From NCBI GenBank assembly GCA_965204735.1, contig OZ242008.1, forward strand, positions 576,001-640,000: DNA of 64,000 bases. The letters are read 5' to 3'. This document shows, in pieces, positions 1 through 10,066 of this stretch. Under the pieces are notes generated by a model, which saw nothing but the letters and a program-made list of their open reading frames with translations, was not told the DNA's origin and ran no database searches. Made by a program: the position numbers and the translations under genes. Position 1 is the stretch's first letter, and each line of letters opens with the position of its first letter. The DNA is from Longimicrobiales bacterium (lineage in GTDB: Bacteria; Gemmatimonadota; Gemmatimonadetes; Longimicrobiales; Gaopeijiaceae).

Positions 1-43
1 GGCGACGGCCGCGGGACGAGGACGCAACGGGAGGGACGACGCC

Positions 44-2368
44 ATGAGAGGATTGGCCGGAGGTTGCGCCGCGCTGTGGCGCGCGGCGTCTGCCGCTGCG
101 GCGCTGGTTGTGATTGTGGGCCCCGGGTCCGCCGACGCCCAGGACTCCGCCGGCTCCAACGGCGGCGGCGGTTCGGCTTCCGTCTTGCAGGCGCACCTGC
201 TCCCGGACGCGGCGGAGATCGAACTGGACGGAGTGCTGGACGAGGCCGTCTGGCGACAGGCCGCCGCTGTCGCAGACTTCACCCAGCAGGAACCCGTCGA
301 AGGGGGCCGCCCCTCGGAAGAAACCGAGATCCGCATCGTCTTTGACGAGGACGACCTGTACATCGGCGCCGTCTTCTACGACGACCCGGACGGCGTCCTG
401 GCCTACCAGAGGCAGCGGGACGCCAGCTTGGGCACCGACGACCGCTTCATGTGGATACTGGACACGTTCCTGGACGGGCGCACCGGCTACTTCTTCGAGA
501 TCAATCCGGCCGGCTTGATGGGAGACGGGATCCTCACCGGCGGCGGTGGCGGAGGTGGGGGCGGGGGCGGCTTCGGTGGCGGAGGCGGGAAGGCGTGGGA
601 CGGCATCTGGGAAGCCCGAACCGCCATGCGCCCCGACGGCTGGTCCGCCGAGATCCGAATCCCCTTCAGGACCCTCAACTTCAACCCGGAGCTGGAGAGC
701 TGGGGGATCAACTTCCAGCGCACGATCCGCCGTCGCAACGAAGAGATCCTGTGGCGGGGACACCGTCGCAACGAAGGGCTCTTCCGCCCCGTCTACGCGG
801 GCCGTCTCACGGGCTTGCGCAACCTGTCCCAAGGTCTGGGACTGGAGGCGCGACCCTCGGCGATCGCCAGCTGGAGGAGCGTGCCCGACAACGCCGACCC
901 CACGACCTTCCCCCGCGACTTGAGCCTGGACGTGAACTACAGCGTCACATCCAGCCTGCGGGCGTCGGCCAGCATCAACACCGACTTTGCCGAAGTCGAG
1001 AGCGACCAGCGAAGGGTCAACCTGACCCGCTTCCCGCAACGCTTTCCCGAGCGTCGCGACTTCTTCCTGGAAGGGTCGGGAGTCTTCACCTTCGCGCCGC
1101 GAAGCGGTCCTTCGCCTTTCTTCTCCCGGCGGATCGGACTTCGGTCCGGGCAGCAGATCCCCATCCAGTACGGGACCAGGCTGACGGGACAGGCAGGCGG
1201 CTTCGAACTGGGCTTCTACCAGATCGGGACCGGCGCTCACGGGTGGTTCGACGAAGGGGACGCGGCCCAGGTCTCCGTGCCCGGAGAGAGCTTCACCGTG
1301 GCCCGCGCGAAGCGGCGGATACTGGAGCAGTCGGCCGTGGGGGCGATCTACACGCGCCGCGCCACCTCTCCCGACTCGACCGGACACGCTCCGGCGACGG
1401 GACACACGGCCGGGATCGACTTCGAGTTCGCCACGCGCCACTTCATGGGCGACAACCGCTTCGAGATGGAGGCGTTCGTGGTGTGGAACTCGAACCCGGA
1501 CCCGGCGGTGGAGCGCTCCTTCGGGGACCTGTCGGCCCGCGGCTTCCGGCTGAACTTTCCCAACGACGTGTGGTCGGGACACCTCTCGTACAGGGAGTTT
1601 GGCGACGACTACGCGCCGTCGCTTGGCTTCGTCACCCGCAACGGCTTCCGTCGCGTGGAGCCCCGGATCGGCTGGGCGCCCCGGCCCGAGAGCATCGATT
1701 GGCTGCGCCAGCTCGACTTCGCCGTCCAGTTCAGGAACCTGACCCAGCTGGGGACGGGGATCGTCGAGGAGCGCCAGTTGCAGCTGGACGTCCTGGAACT
1801 GGACTTCGAGAGCGGCGACAACGTGAGCCTGGAGGCGACGCGCACCACCGAGTACCTGGACTACTCCTTCGAGGTCAGCGACGGCGTCGACATCCTGCCC
1901 GGCCAGTACACCAGCTGGGAGTGGCAGGTGCGGGGCAGGACCACGGGCCGGCGTCGGGTGTCGGGCTTCGCCAGCATGGCGTGGGGCGGCTTCTGGGACG
2001 GGGACCGGACCCGGATCAACGCCCGCGCGACGTTCCGCCCGAACCCGGGGATCAGCGTGTCGGCCAGCTTGGAGCACAACGACGTGTCGCTGCCCCGGGG
2101 CGACTTCTCCGCCGACGTGTACGAGCTGGAAGGCCAGTGGAACGCGAACCAGTGGATCGGCGCGACCGGCCAGCTCCAGTACGACAACGACAGCGGCGTC
2201 CTTGGACTCTTCGCCCGCCTGCGCTGGATCGTCCGCCCCGGCAACGACGTCTTCCTCGTCTACACGCACAACTGGCGGAACCTGGGCATGGGCATCCTGG
2301 ACAACCGGGACCTGATCACCCTCTCCCGAGGCGCGTCGGTCAAGGTCAACTACACGTACCGGTTCTAG
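44..2368 (+). CDS. DUF5916 / carbohydrate-binding family 9-like outer-membrane protein
   Basis: Signal peptide; CBM9-like N-domain (IELDGVLDEAVW, GWSAEIRIPF, WGINF); NTDFAEVESD...NLTRF...FPERRDFFLEG and FFSRRIG motifs; C-terminal YTYRF barrel signature; poly-Gly loop at ~539-590. Confidence 0.8.
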   Translation: MRGLAGGCAALWRAASAAAALVVIVGPGSADAQDSAGSNGGGGSASVLQAHLLPDAAEIELDGVLDEAVWRQAAAVADFTQQEPVEGGRPSEETEIRIVFDEDDLYIGAVFYDDPDGVLAYQRQRDASLGTDDRFMWILDTFLDGRTGYFFEINPAGLMGDGILTGGGGGGGGGGGFGGGGGKAWDGIWEARTAMRPDGWSAEIRIPFRTLNFNPELESWGINFQRTIRRRNEEILWRGHRRNEGLFRPVYAGRLTGLRNLSQGLGLEARPSAIASWRSVPDNADPTTFPRDLSLDVNYSVTSSLRASASINTDFAEVESDQRRVNLTRFPQRFPERRDFFLEGSGVFTFAPRSGPSPFFSRRIGLRSGQQIPIQYGTRLTGQAGGFELGFYQIGTGAHGWFDEGDAAQVSVPGESFTVARAKRRILEQSAVGAIYTRRATSPDSTGHAPATGHTAGIDFEFATRHFMGDNRFEMEAFVVWNSNPDPAVERSFGDLSARGFRLNFPNDVWSGHLSYREFGDDYAPSLGFVTRNGFRRVEPRIGWAPRPESIDWLRQLDFAVQFRNLTQLGTGIVEERQLQLDVLELDFESGDNVSLEATRTTEYLDYSFEVSDGVDILPGQYTSWEWQVRGRTTGRRRVSGFASMAWGGFWDGDRTRINARATFRPNPGISVSASLEHNDVSLPRGDFSADVYELEGQWNANQWIGATGQLQYDNDSGVLGLFARLRWIVRPGNDVFLVYTHNWRNLGMGILDNRDLITLSRGASVKVNYTYRF

Positions 2369-2600
2369 TCGGCCCTCCAGGCGGGGCCTTCTGGCGGGTT
2401 TTCCGGGGTCTTCTGGCGGTTTTGCCAACCGCCTCTTGCGGGTCCCACGGCCTTCGGCGGGCCTTCCGGGGCGACGTGCGCGCGCCGGTCAAGGTTCGGC
2501 GGCTTCCTGCCGGGTAAGGTTCGGCGACTTCCTGCGTAGTACTTTCGACTCTCTCCCACCACTTTCGACTTTCTCCCCCACCAACAGACGAAATCCAACG
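2369..2600. repeat. Intergenic region built from several short tandem duplications upstream of lysW
   Basis: AAGGTTCGGCG(G/A)CTTCCTGC at 2491 and 2516; ACTTTCGACT(C/T)TCTCCC twice at ~2541-2580; degenerate GGCCTTC(T)GGCGGG..TTCCGGGG at 2385 and 2449. Confidence 0.7.
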
Positions 2601-2765
2601 ATGATCGCGTGTCCTGTATGCGACGCGGCAGTGCGGCTCTCCGAAGACCCTGTCGAAGGCGAGCTTCTGGAATGCCCCGACTGCGGGTGCGAGCTGGAGG
2701 TCCTCTCTCTCGACCCGGCGGTGCTGGGCGAAGCGCCCGACGCCGAGGAGGACTGGGGCGAGTAG
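2601..2765 (+). CDS. lysW: Amino-group carrier protein LysW
   Basis: 54 aa, acidic, two CxxC motifs (CPVC, CPDC), C-terminal EEDWGE; directly upstream of lysX. Confidence 0.95.
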   Translation: MIACPVCDAAVRLSEDPVEGELLECPDCGCELEVLSLDPAVLGEAPDAEEDWGE

Positions 2766-2798
2766 CGTCGCGCCCGGCCCAGCCAAGTCCCTGCTGCC

Positions 2799-3635
2799 AT
2801 GAGAGTCGGCTTCCTCCATTCCCTGATCCGCAGGGACGAAAAGCTGCTGATCCAGGAGCTGCGGCGCCGGCCCGGCGTCGAGCTGGCGCTGCTCGACGAC
2901 CGGCGGCTCGTGTTCGACCTTGACTCGGCGCCGGCCGTGGACGTGGCCCTGGAGCGCTGCATCAACCACTCCCGGGCAATGCACGCCCTGCGGCTCTTCG
3001 AGAGCGCTGGGGTGACGTGCGTCAACGCCTACGAAGTGGCCCGACGCTGCGGCGACAAGATCCTGACGGCCACGGCCCTGGCCGAGTCCGGCGTGCCCCA
3101 GCCCGCGACGCGGATCGCCTTCACCGAGGCGTCGGCGCTGGAGGCGGTCGAGGAGCTGGGCTATCCGGTCGTCCTCAAGCCTGCCGTGGGCTCGTGGGGG
3201 CGCCTGCTTTCCAAGATCAACGATCGGGAGGCCGCCGAGACGGTCCTGGAGCACAAGACGGTCCTGGGCACGTACCACCACTCGATCTTCTTCGTGCAGA
3301 AGTACGTCGAGAAGAACGGCAGAGACATCCGCAGCTTCGTGGTGGGCGACGAGTGCGTGGCCGCGATCTACCGGAGCTCGGACCACTGGATCACCAACAC
3401 GGCCCGGGGCGCTCGGGCGTCCAACTGCCCAGTGACGCCGGAGGTCGCCGACATCTCGCTCCGCGCCGCCGAGTCGGTGGGGGGCGGCGTGCTGGCTGTG
3501 GACTTGTTCGAGGCCGATGACGGACTTCTGGCCAACGAGGTCAACTACACGATGGAGTTCAAGAACAGCATTGACGTGACCGGGGTGGACATCCCCGAGC
3601 GGATCGTGTCCTACGTTCTGGAGGCGGCCCGATGA
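2799..3635 (+). CDS. lysX: LysW-alpha-aminoadipate ligase (RimK-type ATP-grasp)
   Basis: [31 protein letters not shown] motifs; lysW neighbour. Confidence 0.9.
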   Translation: MRVGFLHSLIRRDEKLLIQELRRRPGVELALLDDRRLVFDLDSAPAVDVALERCINHSRAMHALRLFESAGVTCVNAYEVARRCGDKILTATALAESGVPQPATRIAFTEASALEAVEELGYPVVLKPAVGSWGRLLSKINDREAAETVLEHKTVLGTYHHSIFFVQKYVEKNGRDIRSFVVGDECVAAIYRSSDHWITNTARGARASNCPVTPEVADISLRAAESVGGGVLAVDLFEADDGLLANEVNYTMEFKNSIDVTGVDIPERIVSYVLEAAR

Positions 3636-4684
3636 TCCGCGTCGCGGTGGTCGGCGGCTCGGGGTACGTCGGGGGCGAGCTGCTGCGGCTTCTGCTGGGA
3701 CACCCGGACGCGGAGGTCGCGCAGGTCACGTCGGAGCGGCTGGCGGGCAGGTTCGTGCACGCGGTCCATCCGAACTTGCGGAAGTCCACGCTGCTCCGCT
3801 TCTGCTCCGCGGCCGAGCTCTCGTCTTGCGACGTGCTCTTCCTTTGCCTGCCGCACGGCGAGTCGTCCGGTCGGATCGACGAGTTTCGGCGGATTGCCCC
3901 TCGCGTCGTCGACCTGAGCGCCGACTTTCGGCTGACCGACCCGGCCGCCTACGAGCGCTGGTACGGAAAGCCCCACCCCCGTCCCGACCTGCTGGGGCGG
4001 TTCGTGTGCGGGATTCCCGAAGTTCGTCGCGTCGAGCTGCGGGACGCGGAGCTGGTGGCGTGCGCAGGCTGCAACGCGACCGCGACGCTGCTGGCCCTCC
4101 GGCCCTTGTGGGAGGCAGGGCTGGCCGAGTCGGCGGTGGTCGATCTCAAGGTCGGATCGAGCGAGGCGGGAGCGACGCCCACCGAGGGCAGCCACCACCC
4201 GGAGCGGAGCGGGGCGATGCGGTCGTACAAGCCGACGAGACACAGGCACACGGGCGAAGTCGTGCAGGAGCTGGAGGCGTCCGCGCCCGCCCGCCCGTCC
4301 GCGCCCGTGGCGGTACACCTCTCCGCCACGGCGGTCGAGATGGTGCGGGGCGTCCTGGCCACATGCCACGTCTTCACCAAGGAGCCCGTGGACGACAAGA
4401 AGCTGTGGCGGCTCTACCGAAGCGCCTACGGCGTGGAACCCTTCGTGCGGATCGTCAAGGAGCGGCGCGGAGTTCACCGCTTTCCCGACCCCAAGCTCCT
4501 GGCCGGGACCAACTACTGCGACCTGGGGTTCGAGTGCGACCCGGAATCCAACCGAGTGGTCGTGCTCGGCGCACTCGACAACCTGATGAAGGGCGCGGCG
4601 GGCCAGGCCGTGCACGCCTTCAACGTCATGCACGACATCGTGGAGCAAAGGGGGTTGGAGTTCCAGGGGCTGCACCCGGCGTGA
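3632..4684 (+). CDS. lysY: LysW-aminoadipyl-phosphate reductase (LysY/ArgC family)
   Basis: [15 protein letters not shown](P)-binding start, DLSADFR, GCNAT catalytic Cys, [21 protein letters not shown] overlap with lysX. Confidence 0.85.
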   Translation: MIRVAVVGGSGYVGGELLRLLLGHPDAEVAQVTSERLAGRFVHAVHPNLRKSTLLRFCSAAELSSCDVLFLCLPHGESSGRIDEFRRIAPRVVDLSADFRLTDPAAYERWYGKPHPRPDLLGRFVCGIPEVRRVELRDAELVACAGCNATATLLALRPLWEAGLAESAVVDLKVGSSEAGATPTEGSHHPERSGAMRSYKPTRHRHTGEVVQELEASAPARPSAPVAVHLSATAVEMVRGVLATCHVFTKEPVDDKKLWRLYRSAYGVEPFVRIVKERRGVHRFPDPKLLAGTNYCDLGFECDPESNRVVVLGALDNLMKGAAGQAVHAFNVMHDIVEQRGLEFQGLHPA

Positions 4685-4762
4685 CGGTGGGCGCGCGCGG
4701 GTCACGACGGCGGTTGCGTACGTCGCGGCCCCGTGCGGTCGGACGTCGGGCCGGGCGGCGCG

Positions 4763-7012
4763 TCACGAGGCCGGGCGGCGCGAGCTGATCATCAGCAGCG
4801 GCCGATCGGTGGCCCGGGCGATGCCCTGCACGACTTCGCCGAACGCCACTTCGCGACGACTCCGACGCTGAAGGCCTAGGACGACCAGGTCGGCGTCGGC
4901 GGCCCGTTCGGCGACCAGGGCCGCCACGTCGGCGCCGACAGCCACTTCGGCGTGGGCGGGTCCCGCGACCTCGTCCCAGGCCAGCCGTTGCAGGTCCCGC
5001 TCGGCTTTCCGCCTGGTTCCGGGGTCCGTGCCTTCGGGAAGCACGGCCATGAAGGTCACGTGGCGGCTCGCGGTGCGGCCCAGGCTTCCCAGCAGCCGCG
5101 CGCGCACCGGGCTATGGACCCGCCCGCCCCCGGAAGGGATCAGAATCCGCCGAACGTGGTCCGGCTTCCACTCGGCGGGCGCGCGCAGGATCACCACGTC
5201 GGCGTCCACTGCGCCCGCGAGCCGTTCCATGGGACCGGAGATCAGGGAGTCGTCGGAGCTGCCGATTCCCAGCAGGATGCTTTCGCACTTGGTGACGGCG
5301 GCCACCCTGGCGATCTCCTCCCATGGGTCGCTGCCGATCGTGATCCGCGCTTCGGGGCGGAGCGCGATCTCGAAGGCGGTGGCGAGCGCGTCGCCGAGCA
5401 CGTGCTGGGCGTCGATGATCTCCCTGGGCGTCGCGTGGGGGTCGTCCGGGTCGCGAGGGCCGGGCGGACCGACCACGGAAAGCAGCTGGACCCGGGAGAC
5501 CCGCCGCGGCGCCAGGGACTTGGCCATGGTCACCAGGGTCTCGGCGCTGGCCGGGTTCGCAATGGGAACGAGGACGATCGGACGGCGGCCTCGAAGCTTC
5601 ACGATCTGGGGGTCGAGGGCTTCCGAGGAGGCGTCCACCACGCGGGCGCGCGGCGCCAGGTAGAGGGCGTACAGGATCGCCCCGGCGGCAAGCCAGAGGG
5701 CCGCCAGGACGCCGGCCGAAGGCACCGCCACGGCCTGGTAGAGGCCGATCAGCAAGCAGGCGCCGCCGCCCACGACGGGCACCGCCGGGAACAGCGGAGC
5801 CCGGAAGCTTCGGGGCCGCCCGACTCGCTTGCGCGCCAAGTAGGCGATGGCGTGCGTCAGGGCGAAGCTGGCCAGGAAGATCAGGCTGGCGACCGCGCCC
5901 GCGGCTGCCACGTTGGGGACTGCCACCAGCAGGAACGCCACCACGACGGCCGTCAGCCGGGCTGCGCGCGTCGGGGTTCCGGTGCCCGGCGCCAAGGCCG
6001 CGTACCGCCGAGGAAGCGTTCGGTCGGAACCCATGGTGCGGGCGAAGCGGGAGGCGGCCAGCAAGTTGGCCTGCAACGCCGAGAGCATGGAGAGGAGGCC
6101 GGCCGCCAGGACCAGCCAATAGCCGGTTGGGCCAAGGAAGTTGCGGGCTGCCGCGGCCACCAGGATCTCGGGGTCTTCGCCCGCGAGCGCCGTCACCGGG
6201 CGTCCGGGCGAGCCCACGGCCACGATCAGGAAGAGGAGGGGCAGATAGATCGCCAGGGCCGTGCCCAGCGCCAGGAACATGGCCCGGGGAACGTTGCGTC
6301 GGCCCTTCTTGACCTCCCCGCCGACCGCCGCGATCAGGTCGAACCCCTGCAAGGCGATGAAGGTGTAGCCCATCGCTTGGGCGAGTCCCGCCGCTCCCTC
6401 GGCGAAGAAGGGTCGGAAGCGATCGGCCAGCGCGCCGGGCGGCGGCGCCTCGGCCGCCAGCACCCAGAACCCCGCCAGCAGGAGAACGCCGAACGCCACG
6501 ACCTTGCCTCCCGTCTCCCACTGGCCTCCCCCGGAGGCCGACCGGGTCAGCCGCCAAGTGTAGAAGCCGGTTGCGGCAAGGGCGTAGCCGACCAGCGCCA
6601 GACGCCCGCTCAGCCATTGCGGCGGCGCAACCCCCAGCGCCCGAAGCGGCTCCTCCAGGAACGGCACGAGAAAGACGGCGAACCCCATGGCGTAGAGCAC
6701 CGCCGCCACCACCGACGCGAACCAGACGATCCACCCCACGCCGAACGCCGCCTCTACCGACAGCACCCTGCGAGCGTACGTGTACGTCCCGCCCGAGTGC
6801 GGAAACCGCGCCGCAAGCTCCGCAAAGGAAAACACCGTCAGGAACGCGATGCACCCGTTGAGCGCGAACGCCAGGATCGCGCTCGGCCCCGTGGTCGCAA
6901 AGGCGACGCCCGCCAGCGCCAGTATCCCGCCGCCGACGATGGCGCCCACGCCGATCCCGGTCGCGCCGAGAAGGCCCAGGTGGGGGGGCTGGGAGGGGGC
7001 AGATGGGGACAT
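4763..7012 (-). CDS. APC-family amino acid permease with C-terminal universal-stress-protein-like domains
   Basis: GAIVGGGI, ELAARFPHSGGTYTY, about 12 hydrophobic segments, then ILVPIANP-type and ILIPSGGG USP-like domains; start approximate. Confidence 0.85.
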   Translation of the reverse strand: MSPSAPSQPPHLGLLGATGIGVGAIVGGGILALAGVAFATTGPSAILAFALNGCIAFLTVFSFAELAARFPHSGGTYTYARRVLSVEAAFGVGWIVWFASVVAAVLYAMGFAVFLVPFLEEPLRALGVAPPQWLSGRLALVGYALAATGFYTWRLTRSASGGGQWETGGKVVAFGVLLLAGFWVLAAEAPPPGALADRFRPFFAEGAAGLAQAMGYTFIALQGFDLIAAVGGEVKKGRRNVPRAMFLALGTALAIYLPLLFLIVAVGSPGRPVTALAGEDPEILVAAAARNFLGPTGYWLVLAAGLLSMLSALQANLLAASRFARTMGSDRTLPRRYAALAPGTGTPTRAARLTAVVVAFLLVAVPNVAAAGAVASLIFLASFALTHAIAYLARKRVGRPRSFRAPLFPAVPVVGGGACLLIGLYQAVAVPSAGVLAALWLAAGAILYALYLAPRARVVDASSEALDPQIVKLRGRRPIVLVPIANPASAETLVTMAKSLAPRRVSRVQLLSVVGPPGPRDPDDPHATPREIIDAQHVLGDALATAFEIALRPEARITIGSDPWEEIARVAAVTKCESILLGIGSSDDSLISGPMERLAGAVDADVVILRAPAEWKPDHVRRILIPSGGGRVHSPVRARLLGSLGRTASRHVTFMAVLPEGTDPGTRRKAERDLQRLAWDEVAGPAHAEVAVGADVAALVAERAADADLVVLGLQRRSRREVAFGEVVQGIARATDRPLLMISSRRPAS

Positions 7013-7099
7013 GACGACAATCTGGCGCCGATGGACGGCGTATGTCACTTGCTATCGGTGGAATCGTGGCTCCCAGGCTGGCTCCACTGTGAGCTTCCC

Positions 7100-7128
7100 T
7101 TGACACCGCCGCCAGGACGCTGTACGAT
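7100..7128 (+). promoter_or_regulatory. Near-consensus sigma70 promoter for the DUF262 gene
   Basis: TTGACA (7100-7105), 17 bp, TACGAT (7123-7128); GGAGA RBS precedes GTG at 7212. Confidence 0.7.
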
Positions 7129-7211
7129 CCCTGCGCCCGTGTTTCGACCGCTTCCAGCTGGCGGAACGTGGATCTCACGTTTGAGGATGATGACCAAGAG
7201 GGAGACGTAGC

Positions 7212-8966
7212 GTGGCATACCAGACAGGCCGCACCATCAAGGAGACCCTTGACGCGATTCACCGTAATGACTTGGTGCTGCCAGCCATTCAGCGAGAGTT
7301 CGTATGGAGTGGAATGCAGATATGCAGACTCTTCGACAGCTTGTTGCAGGGCTACCCGTTCGGGACGTTTCTGTACTGGAACATCCAGCCGGAGAATAGT
7401 GCGAACCACACGTATTTTGATTTTGTACGGCATTACCACCAGCGTGATGCGCCCTACTGTCCTCGCTTAGACCCTATGCCCAGTCAAAAACTCACTGCCG
7501 TGCTTGACGGTCAACAACGTTTGACAGCGCTGAACATAGGCTTTCGAGGCAGCGCGGCTTGGAAACTACCCAGGAAACACTGGAAGAGCCATGATGCCTT
7601 TCCAGTCCGGCATCTCTTCTTGGATCTATTGTGGGCGCCGGCCGAAGATGAACAGGGAAGAAAGTATCGATTTCGGTTTCTGACAGAAAATCAAGCTGGC
7701 AAGAACAACGATGAATGGTGGTTTCGAGTATCGGATATCTTGAACATGACCGAAATTGACGACATCATGGAGTGGGTGGAGAAACACAAGCTGACTCAAG
7801 GATCAACGGCCTTGGGACGGTTGTACAAGATTGCTCACGTGACTCCGGTCGTGGTCTGCTATCAGGAAGGGAGACAAGAGCTTGACAAAGTACTTCAGAT
7901 TTTCATCCGCATGAACAGCGGTGGAACGACATTGTCGCATTCAGATCTGTTGCTGTCTGTAGCAGTATCCGAGTGGACAAAGCGCGACGCACGCATGGAG
8001 ATACGGACCTTGGTACAAGAACTCAACCGTATCGGTGATGGATTCTCGTTCTCGAAGGATTTTGTGCTAAAGGCGGGCCTGATGCTGTGCGACATCCGTA
8101 GCGTCGCGTTCAAAGTAGACAACTTCAACGCCCAAAACATGAAGACTCTTGAGAACAGCTGGGAACACGTCAAGGAGTCTCTGTTGACAGCAGTTCAGCT
8201 GATTTCTGATTTTGGCTTTAGTGCCTCTACATTGCGTGCCGATAGCGCAGTGCTGCCGATAGCTTACTACGTCCATGGTCGTCGCCAAGATTACTCTCTG
8301 ACACAGGAGGATCGTGATGAGATTCGCAAATGGTTGTGTCACAGCATCCTCAAGGCGTCGGGGATATGGGGCAGCGGCTTGGACACGTTGCTCACGGCAC
8401 TCCGTCAAGTCATCAAGGTCAGCGGCAATTCTTTTCCCGCCGCTGAACTCCGAGCAGAAATGAACCGCCGTGGACGATCACTCTCCTTCATTGCCGAGGA
8501 AGTTGAGGACTTGGCAGACCTGAAATACGGTAACGCTCGTGTGTTTGCCTTGCTGTCACTGCTCTTTCCATCGGTCGACGTTACCAACAGCCATTTCCAC
8601 ATTGACCACATTTTTCCACGAGCGCGATTCGCTAAGGCCCGGTTGCAGAATGCAAATGTACCTGACTCCAAGCATGGCGACTATCTGGAACGCCGGGACA
8701 GGCTGGCCAACTTGCAACTTCTCGAAGGAAAGCAAAATAAAGCGAAGCAAGCGAAGCTTCCATCCCTCTGGCTTGACGAGATAGACTCAACAACACGGAC
8801 GGCCTATTGCGAACGCCATGTCCTGGGCGATGTACCCGATCAGATGGCGGGTTTCTTGTCGTTTTATGAAACTCGGCGGCACGCCTTGCGGGATAAGATA
8901 GCCACACTACTGGGCACACCGATGGACCAAGTCCGGGAGGAATCGCAGGCCGCTGACGGTCAGTGA
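7212..8966 (+). CDS. GmrSD-like restriction endonuclease (DUF262 plus C-terminal HNH/DUF1524)
   Basis: LPAIQREFVW, LDGQQRLT and FIRMNSGG DUF262 motifs; IDHIFP...LANLQLL...N..K HNH motif; visibly lower GC than the flanks. Confidence 0.85.
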   Translation: MAYQTGRTIKETLDAIHRNDLVLPAIQREFVWSGMQICRLFDSLLQGYPFGTFLYWNIQPENSANHTYFDFVRHYHQRDAPYCPRLDPMPSQKLTAVLDGQQRLTALNIGFRGSAAWKLPRKHWKSHDAFPVRHLFLDLLWAPAEDEQGRKYRFRFLTENQAGKNNDEWWFRVSDILNMTEIDDIMEWVEKHKLTQGSTALGRLYKIAHVTPVVVCYQEGRQELDKVLQIFIRMNSGGTTLSHSDLLLSVAVSEWTKRDARMEIRTLVQELNRIGDGFSFSKDFVLKAGLMLCDIRSVAFKVDNFNAQNMKTLENSWEHVKESLLTAVQLISDFGFSASTLRADSAVLPIAYYVHGRRQDYSLTQEDRDEIRKWLCHSILKASGIWGSGLDTLLTALRQVIKVSGNSFPAAELRAEMNRRGRSLSFIAEEVEDLADLKYGNARVFALLSLLFPSVDVTNSHFHIDHIFPRARFAKARLQNANVPDSKHGDYLERRDRLANLQLLEGKQNKAKQAKLPSLWLDEIDSTTRTAYCERHVLGDVPDQMAGFLSFYETRRHALRDKIATLLGTPMDQVREESQAADGQ

Positions 8967-9025
8967 CTGCAACCTATTATGGATGATAGCGAAACTCCAC
9001 GCCACAGGTGAGCCGAAGAAAGACC

Positions 9026-10066
9026 TCATTCGTTGCGGTACCGCCGGAGGCTGGTGTGCTTGGTGAGCCGATCAACCTGAGACATGGTGAACACAAGTCC
9101 GCGCGTGGCTAACAGCAACGCCTTCATGTCGGCCCTTCGCACTCCGAATCCCCGACCGGCAATGCAGGCAATGACCTCGAAGCCGGCCAGGCCGTCTCGT
9201 TCACGGCTGTTCCTCATCTCTGCAAGACGAATGACCCGCGCTATCTTGTCTCTCGCCGTGCCGTCGTCCTGGGTCATCTTGGCTTCGATGAGGGCGATCG
9301 GGTTCTCGCAATCCGGGCAGAAGAAGTCGGGATTCTGCTGCCATCCCTCCAACGCCTCGGCCTGCTTGGTTCGGAAATGCGGCACTTCTCCAGCAATCAA
9401 CTCCCGTTCAATCTTGTCTTCGAGGGCACCACCTACCAGTTCGCTGACCGAATCGCGATGCGAGGCAAAGGGTCGTCCCAGAAATCTCTCATACAGCAAG
9501 GATGGATAGTCCACGCCTCCCGATGCGACTCCGACAAGGCTTTCCTGCCCCAATGTCGTGTCCACCTTGTCCAGACGATGAATTCGATCGTCGTCGGTCA
9601 CTGGTACCGGTCTCGTCAGCAACTCGCAAGCCGTGCCTACAAGAGCACGAATCCTTTCTTCCTGCAGGGCCGTATGACCAATTATCGACTTCGGGTCCCT
9701 CCTGATGCCACGATCCAGACTTCGAGCAAAGCCTTGTCCAACAGTGACGCCGGAGATCAGCGTCGTGACATCGGACCATTCGGGCGGGGACAGACCAAGA
9801 ATGGTGCGGAGCACGACAAGCCCGATGGGAACACGGCACACCGTCTCGAACAGGGTGTCGGCGTCGATCCGCTCGAATCCCTCGGTAGCGGCGTAAATCG
9901 CTTCGTAACCCTCTACGAACGCGTCGAATACAACGAAGCCTTCGCCGCGCGGCATGACAAGGAAATCGCTCTCCAGGGCTCGAAAGACCCGGTCGACGTA
10001 CTCGTCCAAGTCACTACGCAAGCGATCTAATGAGACTTCGAACGAGAACGGTCCGTCAGTCGCCAC
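9026..10066 (-). CDS. Putative PD-(D/E)xK restriction endonuclease
   Basis: NPDFF...IEAK motif followed by DDGTARDK; overlaps the 3' end of the methylase gene. Confidence 0.6.
   Translation of the reverse strand: MATDGPFSFEVSLDRLRSDLDEYVDRVFRALESDFLVMPRGEGFVVFDAFVEGYEAIYAATEGFERIDADTLFETVCRVPIGLVVLRTILGLSPPEWSDVTTLISGVTVGQGFARSLDRGIRRDPKSIIGHTALQEERIRALVGTACELLTRPVPVTDDDRIHRLDKVDTTLGQESLVGVASGGVDYPSLLYERFLGRPFASHRDSVSELVGGALEDKIERELIAGEVPHFRTKQAEALEGWQQNPDFFCPDCENPIALIEAKMTQDDGTARDKIARVIRLAEMRNSRERDGLAGFEVIACIAGRGFGVRRADMKALLLATRGLVFTMSQVDRLTKHTSLRRYRNE

Noticed and set aside
2369..2600. Lysine riboswitch or attenuator upstream of lysW
   Set aside because: No recognisable conserved core or Lys-rich leader peptide; explained by short duplications. 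An Rfam scan would settle it
4701..4768. GTCACGA recurring at a 61-bp offset (4701/4762)
   Set aside because: Only 7 bp exact with poor flanking match; compatible with chance
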